This document shows positions 25,643 through 36,668 of a stretch of DNA of 64,000 nucleotides, one piece after another. The DNA is from Rickettsiales bacterium (GTDB lineage: Bacteria; Pseudomonadota; Alphaproteobacteria; Rickettsiales; UBA1997). The notes beneath the pieces were generated by a model. That model did no database searches. It was not told the origin of the DNA and saw nothing but the letters and a program-made list of their open reading frames with translations. The stretch covers positions 2,220 to 66,219 of the forward strand of contig JBDOIV010000038.1 of the NCBI GenBank assembly GCA_047404215.1, given 5' to 3'. Positions within the stretch are counted from its first letter, which is position 1. Each line of letters starts with the position of its first letter. The translations under genes and the position numbers were made by a program.

Positions 25643-27792
25643 TTTACCCTATTAACCTTATTCGTTGATTTTGACATTATCAAGCTCGATATCAAGGTAT
25701 CAAGATGGTCTCTATTTTTTATCTCAATATCAATAAGTAGGTCGCAAACATCATCTCCCTTTTTAACAACTCTCATATTCGTAATATTAACCCTATTTTT
25801 TGATATAATTGAAGTAACTTTCGCTAATTTTCCCAATTTATTGATTATAGAAAGTTGAATTCTAGTGTGATAAAGCGCCTGGTCATCCTCTTTATCTTTC
25901 CAATGTACCTCTATAATTCTTTGGGGCTTAACCACTAGTTTCTTAAGATTGTTGCAGTCTTGATTGTGAACGGTGATACCTATGCCAGTATTAATAATGC
26001 CAACAATATTGTCGCCAGGAATTGGATTGCAACAAGTCGCTAAGTTAGTTGACATTCCAGGCACGACACCATCAATTGCAATAGATTTACTGCTATCTTC
26101 TATCTTGCTAAGAGTGGAGCTTGGCTTGTTAATTAAATCAATTTCTGATGGGTAGACTAGGGCAAAAATCTTCCTTCGCGTTATTAACCCTTCGGCAATT
26201 TTTATATACAACTCATCAATTGAGTTAAGGCCTAGTTTTGGCAAAATCTTTGCCATCAAATCTTCGCTAAACATCTTATTCTTAATTAAAAAGAATTTGC
26301 TAATCAGTGATAATCCTAGCTTTTTATTTTCATTGAACTTCTCCTCTCTTAAGTAAGCTTTAATAGCGGATCTTGCTTTGGCAGTGGTGACAAACTGTAG
26401 CCAGTTTGGACTGGGGGTTGAATTCTTCCTGGTGATAATTTCTATCTGGTCACCATTCTCTATTTTTTGTCTTAAAGGAGAGGTAATGCCATTAACTTTC
26501 GCAGAAATGCAGCTATTACCAATTTCTGAGTGAACGCAGTAAGCAAAATCAAGTGCCGTTGACCCAACTGACAGATTGAATATGTCTCCATTGGGAGTAA
26601 AGCAGAATACTTCATCTTTGTGGAGATAGAGCTTGTTACTTTCCATCGCTTCTTTAGCGCTGAATGAATTTTCAAAAAGTGAAATCAAATCTCTAATCCA
26701 TCGATAATGCTTAGTTATTGATTTGACATCATCTGATTTTGAAATATTGCCAGGATAGTTGTCTTTATATGACCAGTGAGCAGCTAAGCCCAGCTCTGCC
26801 TCGTCGTGCATTCTAAAGTCCCTGATTTGGATTTCAATTTTTTTGTTAAAAGGACCAAGTACTGCCAGATGAATTGATCTATAGCCATTATCCTTGGGTG
26901 TTGAAATGTAATCATGAAAAGTGCCAGGAATCATATTGTATTTTGAATTTATAATTCCAAGTACTTGATAGCAAGAAGGAATGTCGTCAACTACAATTCG
27001 AAAGGCCATGATGTCGTGCAAATGGTGGAAGCCAGCATTTTTTGCTTTCATTTTATTCCAAATGGAGTAGTGAGTTTTTTGCCTACCCATAATTTTAAAT
27101 TTAACACCTTCCGACGATAGCGTATCTTTTAGGCTTTCAATAATTTTATCAATGAAACCCTGTCTTTTATCTATTAAGTCATTTAGCTTGTTGGAGATGA
27201 ATTCCCTGGCATCTGGGTCTATAACTTTAAATGCTAAATCCTGAATTTCATCCTTGATTTTATTGAGCCCAATCCTTCCAGCTAAGGGAGCGTAGATGTC
27301 TAAACTTTCTCTAGCCTTGCTAACTCTTTTATTTTTTGAAGGAATGAAATGAATTGTTCTTAGATTGTGTAACCTATCCGCAAGCTTAATAAGCAAAACC
27401 CTAATATCTTCAGACATTGCCAGGGCTAGTTTTCTAAAATTTTCCGCCACTGTCTCATTGGCTGAATAGCCACTTATCTTATTTAATTTGGTAACACCAT
27501 CAACTAATCTTTCAACGCTAGCTCCAAATTCATTTTCTATCTCATCTAAAGTTACCTCAGTATCTTCAACGACATCGTGAAGTAATGCGGCGACAATCGT
27601 ATCATCATCAACCTTTAAATCGATTAATATCGATGCCACTTCCAGTGGGTGGGTAAAATATGGCTCCCCAGAGTGTCTCTTTTGAGATCCATGATTGCTT
27701 TTTGAGAAGATATATGCTTTTTGAATTAGTGCAGAGTCGCTAGTAGGGTTATATGATTTGATTTTTGAAGTAAACTGTTGTGCTGTAGTCAT
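25639..27792 (-). CDS. spoT: Bifunctional (p)ppGpp synthetase/hydrolase, RelA/SpoT family
   Basis: HD domain (HPLEVA...LHDVVEDT), synthetase block (YSIWNKM, GYRSIHL), and TGS and ACT regions. Located downstream of rpoZ. Confidence 0.93.
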   Translation of the reverse strand: MTTAQQFTSKIKSYNPTSDSALIQKAYIFSKSNHGSQKRHSGEPYFTHPLEVASILIDLKVDDDTIVAALLHDVVEDTEVTLDEIENEFGASVERLVDGVTKLNKISGYSANETVAENFRKLALAMSEDIRVLLIKLADRLHNLRTIHFIPSKNKRVSKARESLDIYAPLAGRIGLNKIKDEIQDLAFKVIDPDAREFISNKLNDLIDKRQGFIDKIIESLKDTLSSEGVKFKIMGRQKTHYSIWNKMKAKNAGFHHLHDIMAFRIVVDDIPSCYQVLGIINSKYNMIPGTFHDYISTPKDNGYRSIHLAVLGPFNKKIEIQIRDFRMHDEAELGLAAHWSYKDNYPGNISKSDDVKSITKHYRWIRDLISLFENSFSAKEAMESNKLYLHKDEVFCFTPNGDIFNLSVGSTALDFAYCVHSEIGNSCISAKVNGITSPLRQKIENGDQIEIITRKNSTPSPNWLQFVTTAKARSAIKAYLREEKFNENKKLGLSLISKFFLIKNKMFSEDLMAKILPKLGLNSIDELYIKIAEGLITRRKIFALVYPSEIDLINKPSSTLSKIEDSSKSIAIDGVVPGMSTNLATCCNPIPGDNIVGIINTGIGITVHNQDCNNLKKLVVKPQRIIEVHWKDKEDDQALYHTRIQLSIINKLGKLAKVTSIISKNRVNITNMRVVKKGDDVCDLLIDIEIKNRDHLDTLISSLIMSKSTNKVNRVN

Positions 27793-27878
27793 AAAGATAA
27801 ATCAAAATAATGATTAATATATTTCGAAATATCACGTAGTCAAAGCAGTTCTGTAACTGACCTTTTTGTTACATTGAA

Positions 27879-28235
27879 TTAGTCTTCAACTTCGATATTT
27901 TCTGATACAAAGCTAGCTCCGGCGTTAGAGCTGGCAGCAAGTGATTGTTGGTTAATGGACTCGATAATGTCTTCTGCTGCTTCAACTTCGTTATTTTCGT
28001 TACCTGAAGAGTCTCTATTTTTAATTGTAGATACAATATCATCTTTAACAGCTTCAATATCAATCATATTCTCCCCAATTTCTCTAAGGGCGATGACGGT
28101 AGATTTTTCTTTACCTTCGTCCAGTTCGCTGTGAGCTCCAGATAGGATGTTTTTTGCTCTTTTGCTAGCGATCAAACATAGTTCAAATCTGTTAGGAACC
28201 AATAAAACACAATCTTCAACTGTAACTCTTGCCAT
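27879..28235 (-). CDS. rpoZ: DNA-directed RNA polymerase subunit omega
   Basis: MARVTVEDC...NRFEL...ASKRAK N-terminus, in the classic rpoZ-spoT arrangement. Confidence 0.9.
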   Translation of the reverse strand: MARVTVEDCVLLVPNRFELCLIASKRAKNILSGAHSELDEGKEKSTVIALREIGENMIDIEAVKDDIVSTIKNRDSSGNENNEVEAAEDIIESINQQSLAASSNAGASFVSENIEVED

Positions 28236-28332
28236 AATTAACCTTGCTTTAATTAAATTTTTATGTAAAATAAAACTTATATATTATATAATAACAGTAA
28301 TGACTGCTTAAGTCAACATTTTTTTAATTGTT

Positions 28333-29121
28333 ATGCCAAATATTACAATACACACTAAAGAAGATTACGAAAAAATGAGAAAAGCTGGCGAGTTGGCTGC
28401 TTTTGTTCTTGATTTTATTACTCCTCATGTTCAAGTAGGTGTTGCAACTGAAGAACTTGATAGGCTTTGTCATGATGAAATTACAAAGCATGGCGCAATT
28501 CCCGCTCCTTTAAACTATAAGGGTTTTCCTAAGTCGATATGTACATCGATTAATCACGTCGTCTGCCATGGTATTCCAAGCTCTAAGAAGGTCAAAGATG
28601 GCGATATTGTCAATATCGATGTTACAGTTATTTTGGATGGTTGGCATGGTGACACTAGCAGAATGTTCTATGTAGGCAATCCTGCGATTAAAGCTAAGCG
28701 CTTATGTCAAGTGACATATGACGCTATGATGCTCGGTATTGAACAGGTAAAGCCAGGAGCTACCACTGGTGATATAGGATATGCTATACAAACTTATGCT
28801 GAAAAACAAGGTTATTCCGTAGTTAGGGATTATTGCGGTCATGGCCTGGGTCGAGTATTTCATGCCGAACCAAGTATTTTACATTACGGTAAAAAGGGGC
28901 AGGGCGTGACTTTAGAAGAAGGTATGTTTTTTACCATCGAGCCCATGGTTAATATAGGTGGCTATAAAACAATATTGAGTAATTTTGATGGCTGGACTGT
29001 AACCACCAGGGACAAGTCTCTATCGGCGCAATTTGAGCATTCATTGGCGGTAACTAGAGATGGCTTTGAAATATTTACGCAATCACCAAAAGGTTTAGAT
29101 TTTCCACCTTATGAGCTATAA
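28333..29121 (+). CDS. map: Type I methionine aminopeptidase
   Basis: VCHGIP, DIVNIDVT, GHGLG, FTIEP and FEH metal-ligand blocks. Confidence 0.96.
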   Translation: MPNITIHTKEDYEKMRKAGELAAFVLDFITPHVQVGVATEELDRLCHDEITKHGAIPAPLNYKGFPKSICTSINHVVCHGIPSSKKVKDGDIVNIDVTVILDGWHGDTSRMFYVGNPAIKAKRLCQVTYDAMMLGIEQVKPGATTGDIGYAIQTYAEKQGYSVVRDYCGHGLGRVFHAEPSILHYGKKGQGVTLEEGMFFTIEPMVNIGGYKTILSNFDGWTVTTRDKSLSAQFEHSLAVTRDGFEIFTQSPKGLDFPPYEL

Positions 29122-29125
29122 AGTT

Positions 29126-30595
29126 CTAGAATCCTAGATATCTTGAAATTATTACCACAAAGTCTTTCAAGAATAATATAAATCCTAGGTTTAAGAAGGC
29201 AATAAGCACAATCACCATTTTAGAAGGAAGTCTTTTATGAAATTTAATTTGTGCACTTGTGGCCTTATCAAAGAACATAATTTTTACCACTCTTAAATAG
29301 TAATAAGCACTGACAACGCTGAATAATATGGCTATGGTAGAGCTAATTATGTAACCCTCTTTGATAGTGGCAATAATTACATAAAACTTTGAAAAGAATC
29401 CGGCTAAAGGAGGAATTCCAGCAGTTGAAAACATCAGGATAGCAAATGACAGAGCTAAAATAGGATGGTTGCTAGCAATACCTGCAAGTGATGATATTGA
29501 ATATTTTTTATCATCAGCTTTATCATTATCTGATTTATCGTTACCAGATCTAGAAATTAAAGTTAAAAATCCAAAATTTGCGATTGATAAGGTGGCATAT
29601 ATTGTCATATAAATGACGCAAGATTTGGCTCCTTCTAACGATATAGCAGAAAGACCGAATAAAACAAATCCAATATGACCAATCGAGCTGTATGCAAGTA
29701 ATCTCTTCAAGTCATTTTGTTTGATAGCTCCAAAGGCGCCTACCGCAATGGATAGAATTGCAACAAGTATTAGCACATTATTCATACCATCGAATCCAGT
29801 CGATAGGTCGAGAAACATTCTGACTAATATCAAGCTAGCTGAGAACTTACTAACAGTAGCAAAGAATGAAGTTACTACCGAATTAGAGCCTTGGTAAACA
29901 TCCGGGGTCCACATATGAAAAGGTGCAGCTGATATTTTGAAGAAAATAGCAGTTAATATAAGTACAAATCCTAATATTACAGCTGGAGGGACTTGATTTT
30001 GTGCATATAAATTGAAGGCAGCATCAAAATTGGTTGTACCAGAAAAGCCATAGAATAGAGATATGCCAAATAGTAAGATACCCGAAGCTACCGATCCTAA
30101 AATAAAGTACTTAACGCCACTTTCTGAAGATCTAACGGAGGATTTATTCATCGCTGCAAGTAGGTAAAGCGGAAGCGATTGTAACTCTAGAGATAGATAC
30201 AGGATCAAGAAATCGTTAGCGGAAATCAAAAACATCGCACCTACAGTTGAGATCATTATAAGTGATAAGAATTCGGCGCTAACTGACGACTTCTTTTTGA
30301 TATATTCATATGATAAAATTATAACAAAAATTAACAGGATCGATAGACATATTTTTACAAATACCGTGAAGCCATTAGAGAATAGCATTGAGTAGAAGAA
30401 ATTTTCTGGCTGCGTTGCGGTATTAAGTGCGAAAAATAGAGCTGTGAATACTGACACCAATGCAAATGAATATGAAAATTTGTAGAAATTTTTTATTTTG
30501 CTTGACAAGAATACATCGGCCATCAATATAAACAGAGCCGAGCTGAAGATTATCAGTTCTGGTAGAATAGGAAATGCAATTTTATCAATCATCAT
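29126..30595 (-). CDS. nuoN: NADH-quinone oxidoreductase subunit N
   Basis: Polytopic antiporter-like subunit with PFHMWTPDVYQGS. Confidence 0.92.
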   Translation of the reverse strand: MMIDKIAFPILPELIIFSSALFILMADVFLSSKIKNFYKFSYSFALVSVFTALFFALNTATQPENFFYSMLFSNGFTVFVKICLSILLIFVIILSYEYIKKKSSVSAEFLSLIMISTVGAMFLISANDFLILYLSLELQSLPLYLLAAMNKSSVRSSESGVKYFILGSVASGILLFGISLFYGFSGTTNFDAAFNLYAQNQVPPAVILGFVLILTAIFFKISAAPFHMWTPDVYQGSNSVVTSFFATVSKFSASLILVRMFLDLSTGFDGMNNVLILVAILSIAVGAFGAIKQNDLKRLLAYSSIGHIGFVLFGLSAISLEGAKSCVIYMTIYATLSIANFGFLTLISRSGNDKSDNDKADDKKYSISSLAGIASNHPILALSFAILMFSTAGIPPLAGFFSKFYVIIATIKEGYIISSTIAILFSVVSAYYYLRVVKIMFFDKATSAQIKFHKRLPSKMVIVLIAFLNLGFILFLKDFVVIISRYLGF

Positions 30596-30628
30596 TTTAT
30601 ATTGGTTTAGATTTATTTAATATGTTAC

Positions 30629-32098
30629 TTAGTTAAGAATGTTTACAATATGCGAAACTGGCAGTTTGTAGTAGCTAATAACTATATTGGGTAAGAAACC
30701 AAGCAAAATAGTTATTAAAGCTAGGCTGCCAAGGCTTAATAATTCGATAATGTTTAGATCCTTCATTTTTGCAACATTATCATTTGTAATTTCACCAAAT
30801 GCAACCCTCTTATAGAGCCAAAGCATATAGCAAGCACCTATGATAATTCCAATTGTTGCAAATATTGCAGTAATTTTACTAGCTTTGAAAGCGCCAATAA
30901 TAGTTAAAAACTCTCCAACGAAGCCACTAGTTCCTGGAAGTCCAACGCTGGCAAGGGTAAAAATCATAAAAGCTAAGGCAAAGTTAGGCATCTTAGTGGT
31001 AATACCACCCATTTGCGCAATTTCCTTCGTTTTAATTCTGTCATAAATTACGCCTACACAGATAAACAAGGCAGCAGAAACTACGCCGTGACTTATCATT
31101 TGCATTACCGCGCCATCAATACCTTGTTGATTAAAGCTAAAAATACCCATCGTAACATATCCCATGTGTGCAACTGAAGAATAAGCGATCATCTTTTTCA
31201 TATCCTTTTGCATTAAAGCTATTAAAGAGGCGTAAATTATTGCAACAATACTCAAGGCAAATACTAGATTAGCAAAGTAAGCGCTAGCATCTGGAAAGAA
31301 TGGTAACATAAATCTAATCATCGCATAAGCGCCTAATTTGATCAGAATACCCGCTAATATCACGGAGCCGGCGGTGGGGGCTTGTACGTGAGCATCTGGC
31401 AGCCATGTATGAACCGGAAACATAGGTATCTTGATAGCAAAAGATACGAAGAATGCTAACCATAAGAGTTTTTGTATGTCAGCTGGTGTATAAGGTAGAA
31501 TATTTCTTAATATATAAATATCAGTTGAGCCAACGTTGACATAGATATATATAATTGCAACCAAGAATAATACTGAGCCAAATAGGGTGTATAAGAAGAA
31601 TTTATATGAAGAGTAGATTCTATCCTTACCGCCCCAGATACCAATTACCAAGAACATTGGGATCAGCATAGCTTCAAAGAAGATGTAGAACAGTAAAAGG
31701 TCTATCGCGCAAAAAGATCCAATTACAAAGCCCTCAATAAGTAAAAAGCATATCACAAATTCTTTAACTCGATTTTGAATTGATTTATAGCTGATCATCA
31801 AGCAGATTGGAGTCAAGAATGTTGTCAATATGATCATTGCCAAAGATATGCCATCGATACCTAGGTAGTATTTAAAGCTAAGGTTATTGATCAGGCTATA
31901 AACTTCTTGGTTTTGAAAGTCTAGCACAGACTTGTCGAATCCAAGTAGTAATTTAATTGAGATTACAAAATTAACAAAACAGACCAAAAGTCCAGCATTA
32001 TAAAAGTTTTTATTATTTTTTGATTTGACAAAAGCCAGAACTATTGAGCTCAATATTGGCAGAAATATTAGTATAGATAATATTTTATCTTCTATCAT
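30629..32098 (-). CDS. nuoM: NADH-quinone oxidoreductase subunit M
   Basis: Polytopic protein with HTWLPDAHVQAPTAGSVILAG. Confidence 0.94.
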   Translation of the reverse strand: MIEDKILSILIFLPILSSIVLAFVKSKNNKNFYNAGLLVCFVNFVISIKLLLGFDKSVLDFQNQEVYSLINNLSFKYYLGIDGISLAMIILTTFLTPICLMISYKSIQNRVKEFVICFLLIEGFVIGSFCAIDLLLFYIFFEAMLIPMFLVIGIWGGKDRIYSSYKFFLYTLFGSVLFLVAIIYIYVNVGSTDIYILRNILPYTPADIQKLLWLAFFVSFAIKIPMFPVHTWLPDAHVQAPTAGSVILAGILIKLGAYAMIRFMLPFFPDASAYFANLVFALSIVAIIYASLIALMQKDMKKMIAYSSVAHMGYVTMGIFSFNQQGIDGAVMQMISHGVVSAALFICVGVIYDRIKTKEIAQMGGITTKMPNFALAFMIFTLASVGLPGTSGFVGEFLTIIGAFKASKITAIFATIGIIIGACYMLWLYKRVAFGEITNDNVAKMKDLNIIELLSLGSLALITILLGFLPNIVISYYKLPVSHIVNILN

Positions 32099-32260
32099 TT
32101 GAATTAACTTTTATATTTATATTCTGGACATATGTTAAATTATCAACAATTAATTACTTTTTGCAATATATTTTTACAAATTATTGGTTAAATTAGTTGA
32201 ATAATTATTATAAGATTGTAATATTATTGCCGTAGTTCATATTATACAACATAAATTGCA

Positions 32261-33325
32261 ATGATTCAGTTAGATGAAAATCAACAACAGCTGCAAACCG
32301 AATTTGATAATTTAAAAGCAAAAATTGAATCTGGCAACTTTTTATCTAACTCCTTTTTAAAGTTACTATCTAAAAAGGATAGACCTCTGGGCCTGTATAT
32401 ATATTCAAAACCGGGCAGGGGTAAGACGATGTTGATGCAAGACTTTTATAATAAAATAAAAAGTGCAAAAAAATATTTTCATTTTAATGAGTTTATGTAT
32501 CAGATTCATCGCAATAATCACCAAATAAGATCTGCAAAATCAAAGGATCAATACAGCAACAAAGATCTAATAATTAGTTTAAAGAAAGTGATAGGCAGGG
32601 TTAGGTTAATATGTTTTGACGAGTTTCAGGTCACGGACATAGCAGACGCTATGATTCTAGAGAGAATATTTTCATATTTTTTTGATCAAAATATATATGT
32701 TGTTGTTACTTCAAACTCTCATCCGTTAGAACTTTACCCCGAAGGTATTCAAAGAGAGGTTTTTATGAAGTTTGTAAAATCAAAAATTGTTAATGACCTT
32801 AAATTGATTAACTTTAAATCGGATATCGATTACCGGTTAATTCACAAAGATAGCATTAGTAATAGATATTTCTTATCCGACCAGGATCAGTTGCAGGATT
32901 TTAACGCATTGGTTGCAAACCTAACTAACAAGCAAAATCCCAAATCTAGAGCTTTGGAGGTTTGGGGTAGAAAAGTAGAGATTCCAAGCGCGGTAGACAA
33001 TATCGCCATTTTTAGTTACGATGAGTTGTTTCAAGAAAATAGATCAGCTGCTGATTATCGGGTAATAGCTAAAGAGTTTGATTTAATTATATTGCGGGAT
33101 TTAGATAAATTCAATAGTGAATCAAAAAATGAAATTAAGAGATTTATGCTGTTCATCGATGAGATATACGAAAACAAAACCGCCTTGGTTATTAATGCTA
33201 AAGTTGAGATATTTGATCTTTACAGTAAAGAAAAAGATGATAAGATGAATTCTAGAGTTACATCGAGATTAAGTGAAATTAAGTCGGATTATTATTTTAA
33301 CAATTCAAAATATATTCAAAAATGA
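32261..33325 (+). CDS. zapE: ZapE/AFG1-family ATPase
   Basis: Walker A PGRGKT and Walker B LICFDEFQVTDIADA. Confidence 0.85.
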   Translation: MIQLDENQQQLQTEFDNLKAKIESGNFLSNSFLKLLSKKDRPLGLYIYSKPGRGKTMLMQDFYNKIKSAKKYFHFNEFMYQIHRNNHQIRSAKSKDQYSNKDLIISLKKVIGRVRLICFDEFQVTDIADAMILERIFSYFFDQNIYVVVTSNSHPLELYPEGIQREVFMKFVKSKIVNDLKLINFKSDIDYRLIHKDSISNRYFLSDQDQLQDFNALVANLTNKQNPKSRALEVWGRKVEIPSAVDNIAIFSYDELFQENRSAADYRVIAKEFDLIILRDLDKFNSESKNEIKRFMLFIDEIYENKTALVINAKVEIFDLYSKEKDDKMNSRVTSRLSEIKSDYYFNNSKYIQK

Positions 33326-33696
33326 TAACTAAAATATTATTAAAGATTTGGCCAGCTATCACCCCAATATTGCTATATTTGTTTTGGGTATTTTTTAGCA
33401 CCATAATCGTAGCAAAAGTTAGAAAGTTTGCTTATAACTTTGTCAACAAAAAGAATAACAATAGTAAGAAAAAGAAGAAGTGCGTTGATGGAAGTTACAA
33501 AGTGGTTAGTCAGGACGGTAAGGAGGCGGATGAATTTAAGTCAAAAATATCGTTTTCTAACAAAAACTTCGTAATTTCTATCTATTTAGGGCTGATTTTA
33601 CTTATTTTATTGATGGTTTTTGGTGGTTTATTTGAAGAAAGAAATCTCAAGCAAACAAATGTCGAAGATTTAAAAAAGAATATTCGCTTCGAGTAA
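33322..33696 (+). CDS. Small hypothetical membrane protein (two TM segments, Lys-rich loop)
   Basis: 124-aa ORF overlapping the zapE stop by 4 nt (ATGA). No recognisable family. Confidence 0.5.
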   Translation: MITKILLKIWPAITPILLYLFWVFFSTIIVAKVRKFAYNFVNKKNNNSKKKKKCVDGSYKVVSQDGKEADEFKSKISFSNKNFVISIYLGLILLILLMVFGGLFEERNLKQTNVEDLKKNIRFE

Positions 33697-33866
33697 TAAA
33701 GGTGTAAATTTTCACTTGAAATATAAAAATAACACTATATAATTAAGCAGGTGGTAATCATTTTGATTATTACATTTTAATAATAATGCCACAATTTACA
33801 GTGCTTTTGGTGTCTACTTTAAGTGGATTTTTTTTGCTGTAAGTTGGTAAATAACCAAATATAATT

Positions 33867-34835
33867 ATGACTATTATACCTCAATTCACAGTTAAGCAGC
33901 TACTTGAAGCTGGTGTTCATTTCGGCCATAAAACTATGCGCAGAAATCCTAAAATGACTCAATATGTTCATTCAAAAAGAAATGGCTTGAGTATTATTGA
34001 TCTTAACAAGTCCGCTAGAATGTTGCATCAGGCTCTTATAGCTACCTATGATGTTGCAAAAAATAATGGTAAGATATTATTCGTTGCCACCAAAAAGCAA
34101 GCGGCTGACATCGTTGCTGACGCTGCGCAGAAATCAGGGCAATACTACGTTAATCATAGATGGTTAGGTGGTATGTTAACCAACCTTAAAACTGTTTCAG
34201 GTTCAATTGATACTCTTAAAAAGACCGAAGAAAAATTACAAGATCCTGAGTCCGACCTTAACAAAAAAGAGAAGTTAGTTCTGGATAGAAAAAGATTAAA
34301 ATTAGAAAAAACTCTTGGCGGTATTAAGTCAATGGGCGGTTATCCTGATTTAATCATCGTGATTGATGTTAATAAAGAAGATATTGCTATTAAAGAAGCG
34401 CAAAAACTTAACATCCCAGTACTTGCGATAGTTGATACTAACTGCTCACCTGAAGGTGTTAAATATGTCGTTCCTGGTAATGATGATTCAACTAAGGCGA
34501 TCAAATTATATTGTAAGTTGCTATCAGATACTATTTTATCTGGAATTAAAGAAAATATGGCAGCCTCAGGTGTTGATTTATCTAAAGTATCACCGAAGCT
34601 ATCTATAGATTCTAAAAAGAAAGAAGAATCTACTGCACCAGCTAAAAAAGAGTCGGCAAAAGAAGGGGGGAAACCTAAGGCTTCTAAAAAGAAAATAGTT
34701 GTCAAAGCTAAGGGTGAAGAAAAAGCAGAAGAAAGTCCGAATAAGAAGGTTGTTGCGAAAAAAGATACTAGCACAGAAATTAAAGCTGACGCTGCTGACG
34801 CTAAAGCAGAAAAAGCTGAAGAGAAATCTGAGTAA
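33867..34835 (+). CDS. rpsB: 30S ribosomal protein S2 with a Lys/Glu/Ala-rich C-terminal tail
   Basis: LLEAGVHFGH and full-length S2 blocks, plus a charged tail of about 70 aa. Confidence 0.96.
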   Translation: MTIIPQFTVKQLLEAGVHFGHKTMRRNPKMTQYVHSKRNGLSIIDLNKSARMLHQALIATYDVAKNNGKILFVATKKQAADIVADAAQKSGQYYVNHRWLGGMLTNLKTVSGSIDTLKKTEEKLQDPESDLNKKEKLVLDRKRLKLEKTLGGIKSMGGYPDLIIVIDVNKEDIAIKEAQKLNIPVLAIVDTNCSPEGVKYVVPGNDDSTKAIKLYCKLLSDTILSGIKENMAASGVDLSKVSPKLSIDSKKKEESTAPAKKESAKEGGKPKASKKKIVVKAKGEEKAEESPNKKVVAKKDTSTEIKADAADAKAEKAEEKSE

Positions 34836-34864
34836 TAATAATATTAATATAATTTTTTAAGAAA

Positions 34865-35779
34865 ATGGCTGACTTAAAATTAATTAAAAAACTTCGTGAA
34901 GCTACTGGATGCGGTATTTCAGATTGCAACAAAGCTTTGGCAGAAAATGGTGATGACTATGATAAATCGGTAGATTGGCTTCGTAAAAAAGGTCTTTCAG
35001 CTGCTGTTAAAAAAGGCGGTAGGGTAACCTGTGAAGGAGTTGTTGCCGTCGCTTCTGATGACAACAAGGCTTGTGTTATCGAGTTAAACTCTGAAACTGA
35101 TTTTGTTGCTAGAAACGAAAAATTCCAAAATTTCGCTTCTGCCTTAGCTAATGCTGCATTAGGATTTGGATCAGATATTGAGAAGTACAAAGATGCAAAA
35201 TATCAAGACCAGGCTCATTCAATTGATGAAGAAATCAAAAACCAAATCGGTGTTATTGGTGAAAACATCAACTTAAGAAGAATTGCTAACTTAGAAGTTA
35301 CTAAAGGTAGGGTTGTGAGTTACGTTCACAACGCCGTTACCACTGGTATGGGTAAAATTGCTGTTCTAGTCGCTCTTGACTCAGAAGCTGATGCTGATAA
35401 GGTGGAAGAATTGGGTAAGCAAATCGCTATGCATATCGCTGCTACTAAGCCAGAATCATTAAATGTCGAAGGTCTGGACCCGGAAAAGCTTAATCGTGAA
35501 ACTGAAGTTTTAAAAGATCAAGCTCGCGCTTCGGGTAAGCCAGAAAATATCATTGAAAAAATGATCCAAGGTCGTATCCGTAAATATTACGAAGAGGTTG
35601 TTCTTCTTGAGCAAGCTTTTGTAATGGATGATAAAAAGAAAATCAAGGATGTTGTTGCTGATTTTGCTAAAGAGAATGCTGCAACTACAATTGTTGATTT
35701 TAAATTATTTGTCCTCGGCGAAGGAATTGAGAAAAAAGAAGACGACTTCGCGGCTGAAGTCGCCTCTATGACAAAATAA
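34865..35779 (+). CDS. tsf: Elongation factor Ts
   Basis: LREATGCGISDCNKAL UBA-like N-terminus with EF-Ts core blocks. Confidence 0.96.
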   Translation: MADLKLIKKLREATGCGISDCNKALAENGDDYDKSVDWLRKKGLSAAVKKGGRVTCEGVVAVASDDNKACVIELNSETDFVARNEKFQNFASALANAALGFGSDIEKYKDAKYQDQAHSIDEEIKNQIGVIGENINLRRIANLEVTKGRVVSYVHNAVTTGMGKIAVLVALDSEADADKVEELGKQIAMHIAATKPESLNVEGLDPEKLNRETEVLKDQARASGKPENIIEKMIQGRIRKYYEEVVLLEQAFVMDDKKKIKDVVADFAKENAATTIVDFKLFVLGEGIEKKEDDFAAEVASMTK

Positions 35780-35803
35780 TTATTTAGCAAAATTTATTTT
35801 TCA

Positions 35804-35842
35804 AAGAGGTTTAACTTTAATTAGTTAAGCCTCTTTTTTTTT
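35804..35842 (+). terminator. Rho-independent terminator after tsf
   Basis: Stem aagaggtttaac / gttaagcctctt with one mismatch, followed by a run of about 9 T. Confidence 0.7.
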
Positions 35843-35881
35843 GAGCTCTATAAAATTAATATTAAGTTTAATTTAACACAT

Positions 35882-36604
35882 ATGACAAATGGTGGTGATC
35901 TAAAATTTAAGAGAATTCTGTTTAAAGTTTCTGGTGAGGCTTTAATGGGAGATCAAGATTTTGGTCATGACCCAAAGGCAATGTCGTCAATTGTAGCTCA
36001 AATTAAAAATGCTCATGATATGGGCTGCGAGATATGTTTAGTTGTTGGCGGTGGCAATATTTTCCGTGGCGTTTCTAAAGCCGCGCAAGGAATTGAAAGA
36101 GCGAGCGCTGATTATATGGGAATGTTGGCAACTGTAATGAATGGTATCGCATTGCAAGCTGCACTTGAAAAAGCTGGAATTAACACTAGAATGCAATCTG
36201 CTATCCAAATGGATACAATCTGTGAACCTTATATCAAGAGAAGAGCAACTCGTCACTTAGAAAAAGGCAGGGTGGTGATTTTCTGCGCTGGAACCGGTAA
36301 TCCATTCTTTACCACTGATACTGCGGGGGTTTTAAGGGCGGTGGAGATGAATTGCGACGCTATTTTAAAAGGTACGCAAGTTGACGGGGTGTATTCTGCT
36401 GACCCAAAAACCGATAAAGACGCTACTCATTACGATCAAATTAAATATATTGATGTCATCAAGCAAGACCTTAGGGTAATGGATCAAACGGCAATTACTC
36501 TGGCAAAAGATAATAAACTTCCAATCATTGTATTTTCTATTAAAGGCGAAGATGCGCTGTGCGAAGTTGTCAATGGCAATGGTAAATTTACGATTATTTC
36601 TTAA
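35882..36604 (+). CDS. pyrH: UMP kinase
   Basis: [17 protein letters not shown] and [11 protein letters not shown] motifs. Confidence 0.96.
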   Translation: MTNGGDLKFKRILFKVSGEALMGDQDFGHDPKAMSSIVAQIKNAHDMGCEICLVVGGGNIFRGVSKAAQGIERASADYMGMLATVMNGIALQAALEKAGINTRMQSAIQMDTICEPYIKRRATRHLEKGRVVIFCAGTGNPFFTTDTAGVLRAVEMNCDAILKGTQVDGVYSADPKTDKDATHYDQIKYIDVIKQDLRVMDQTAITLAKDNKLPIIVFSIKGEDALCEVVNGNGKFTIIS

Positions 36605-36620
36605 GGATTGTTGCTATTCT

Positions 36621-36645
36621 CATTGCGAGCGAAGCTTGGCAATCT
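36621..36645. repeat. Single copy of a short GC-rich interspersed repeat (cattgcgagcgaagcttggcaatct)
   Basis: Matches the three copies at 42915-43063. It sits between pyrH and the YebC-family gene, where frr usually follows pyrH. Confidence 0.6.
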
Positions 36646-36668
36646 TATAATAACAAAACATAAATAAA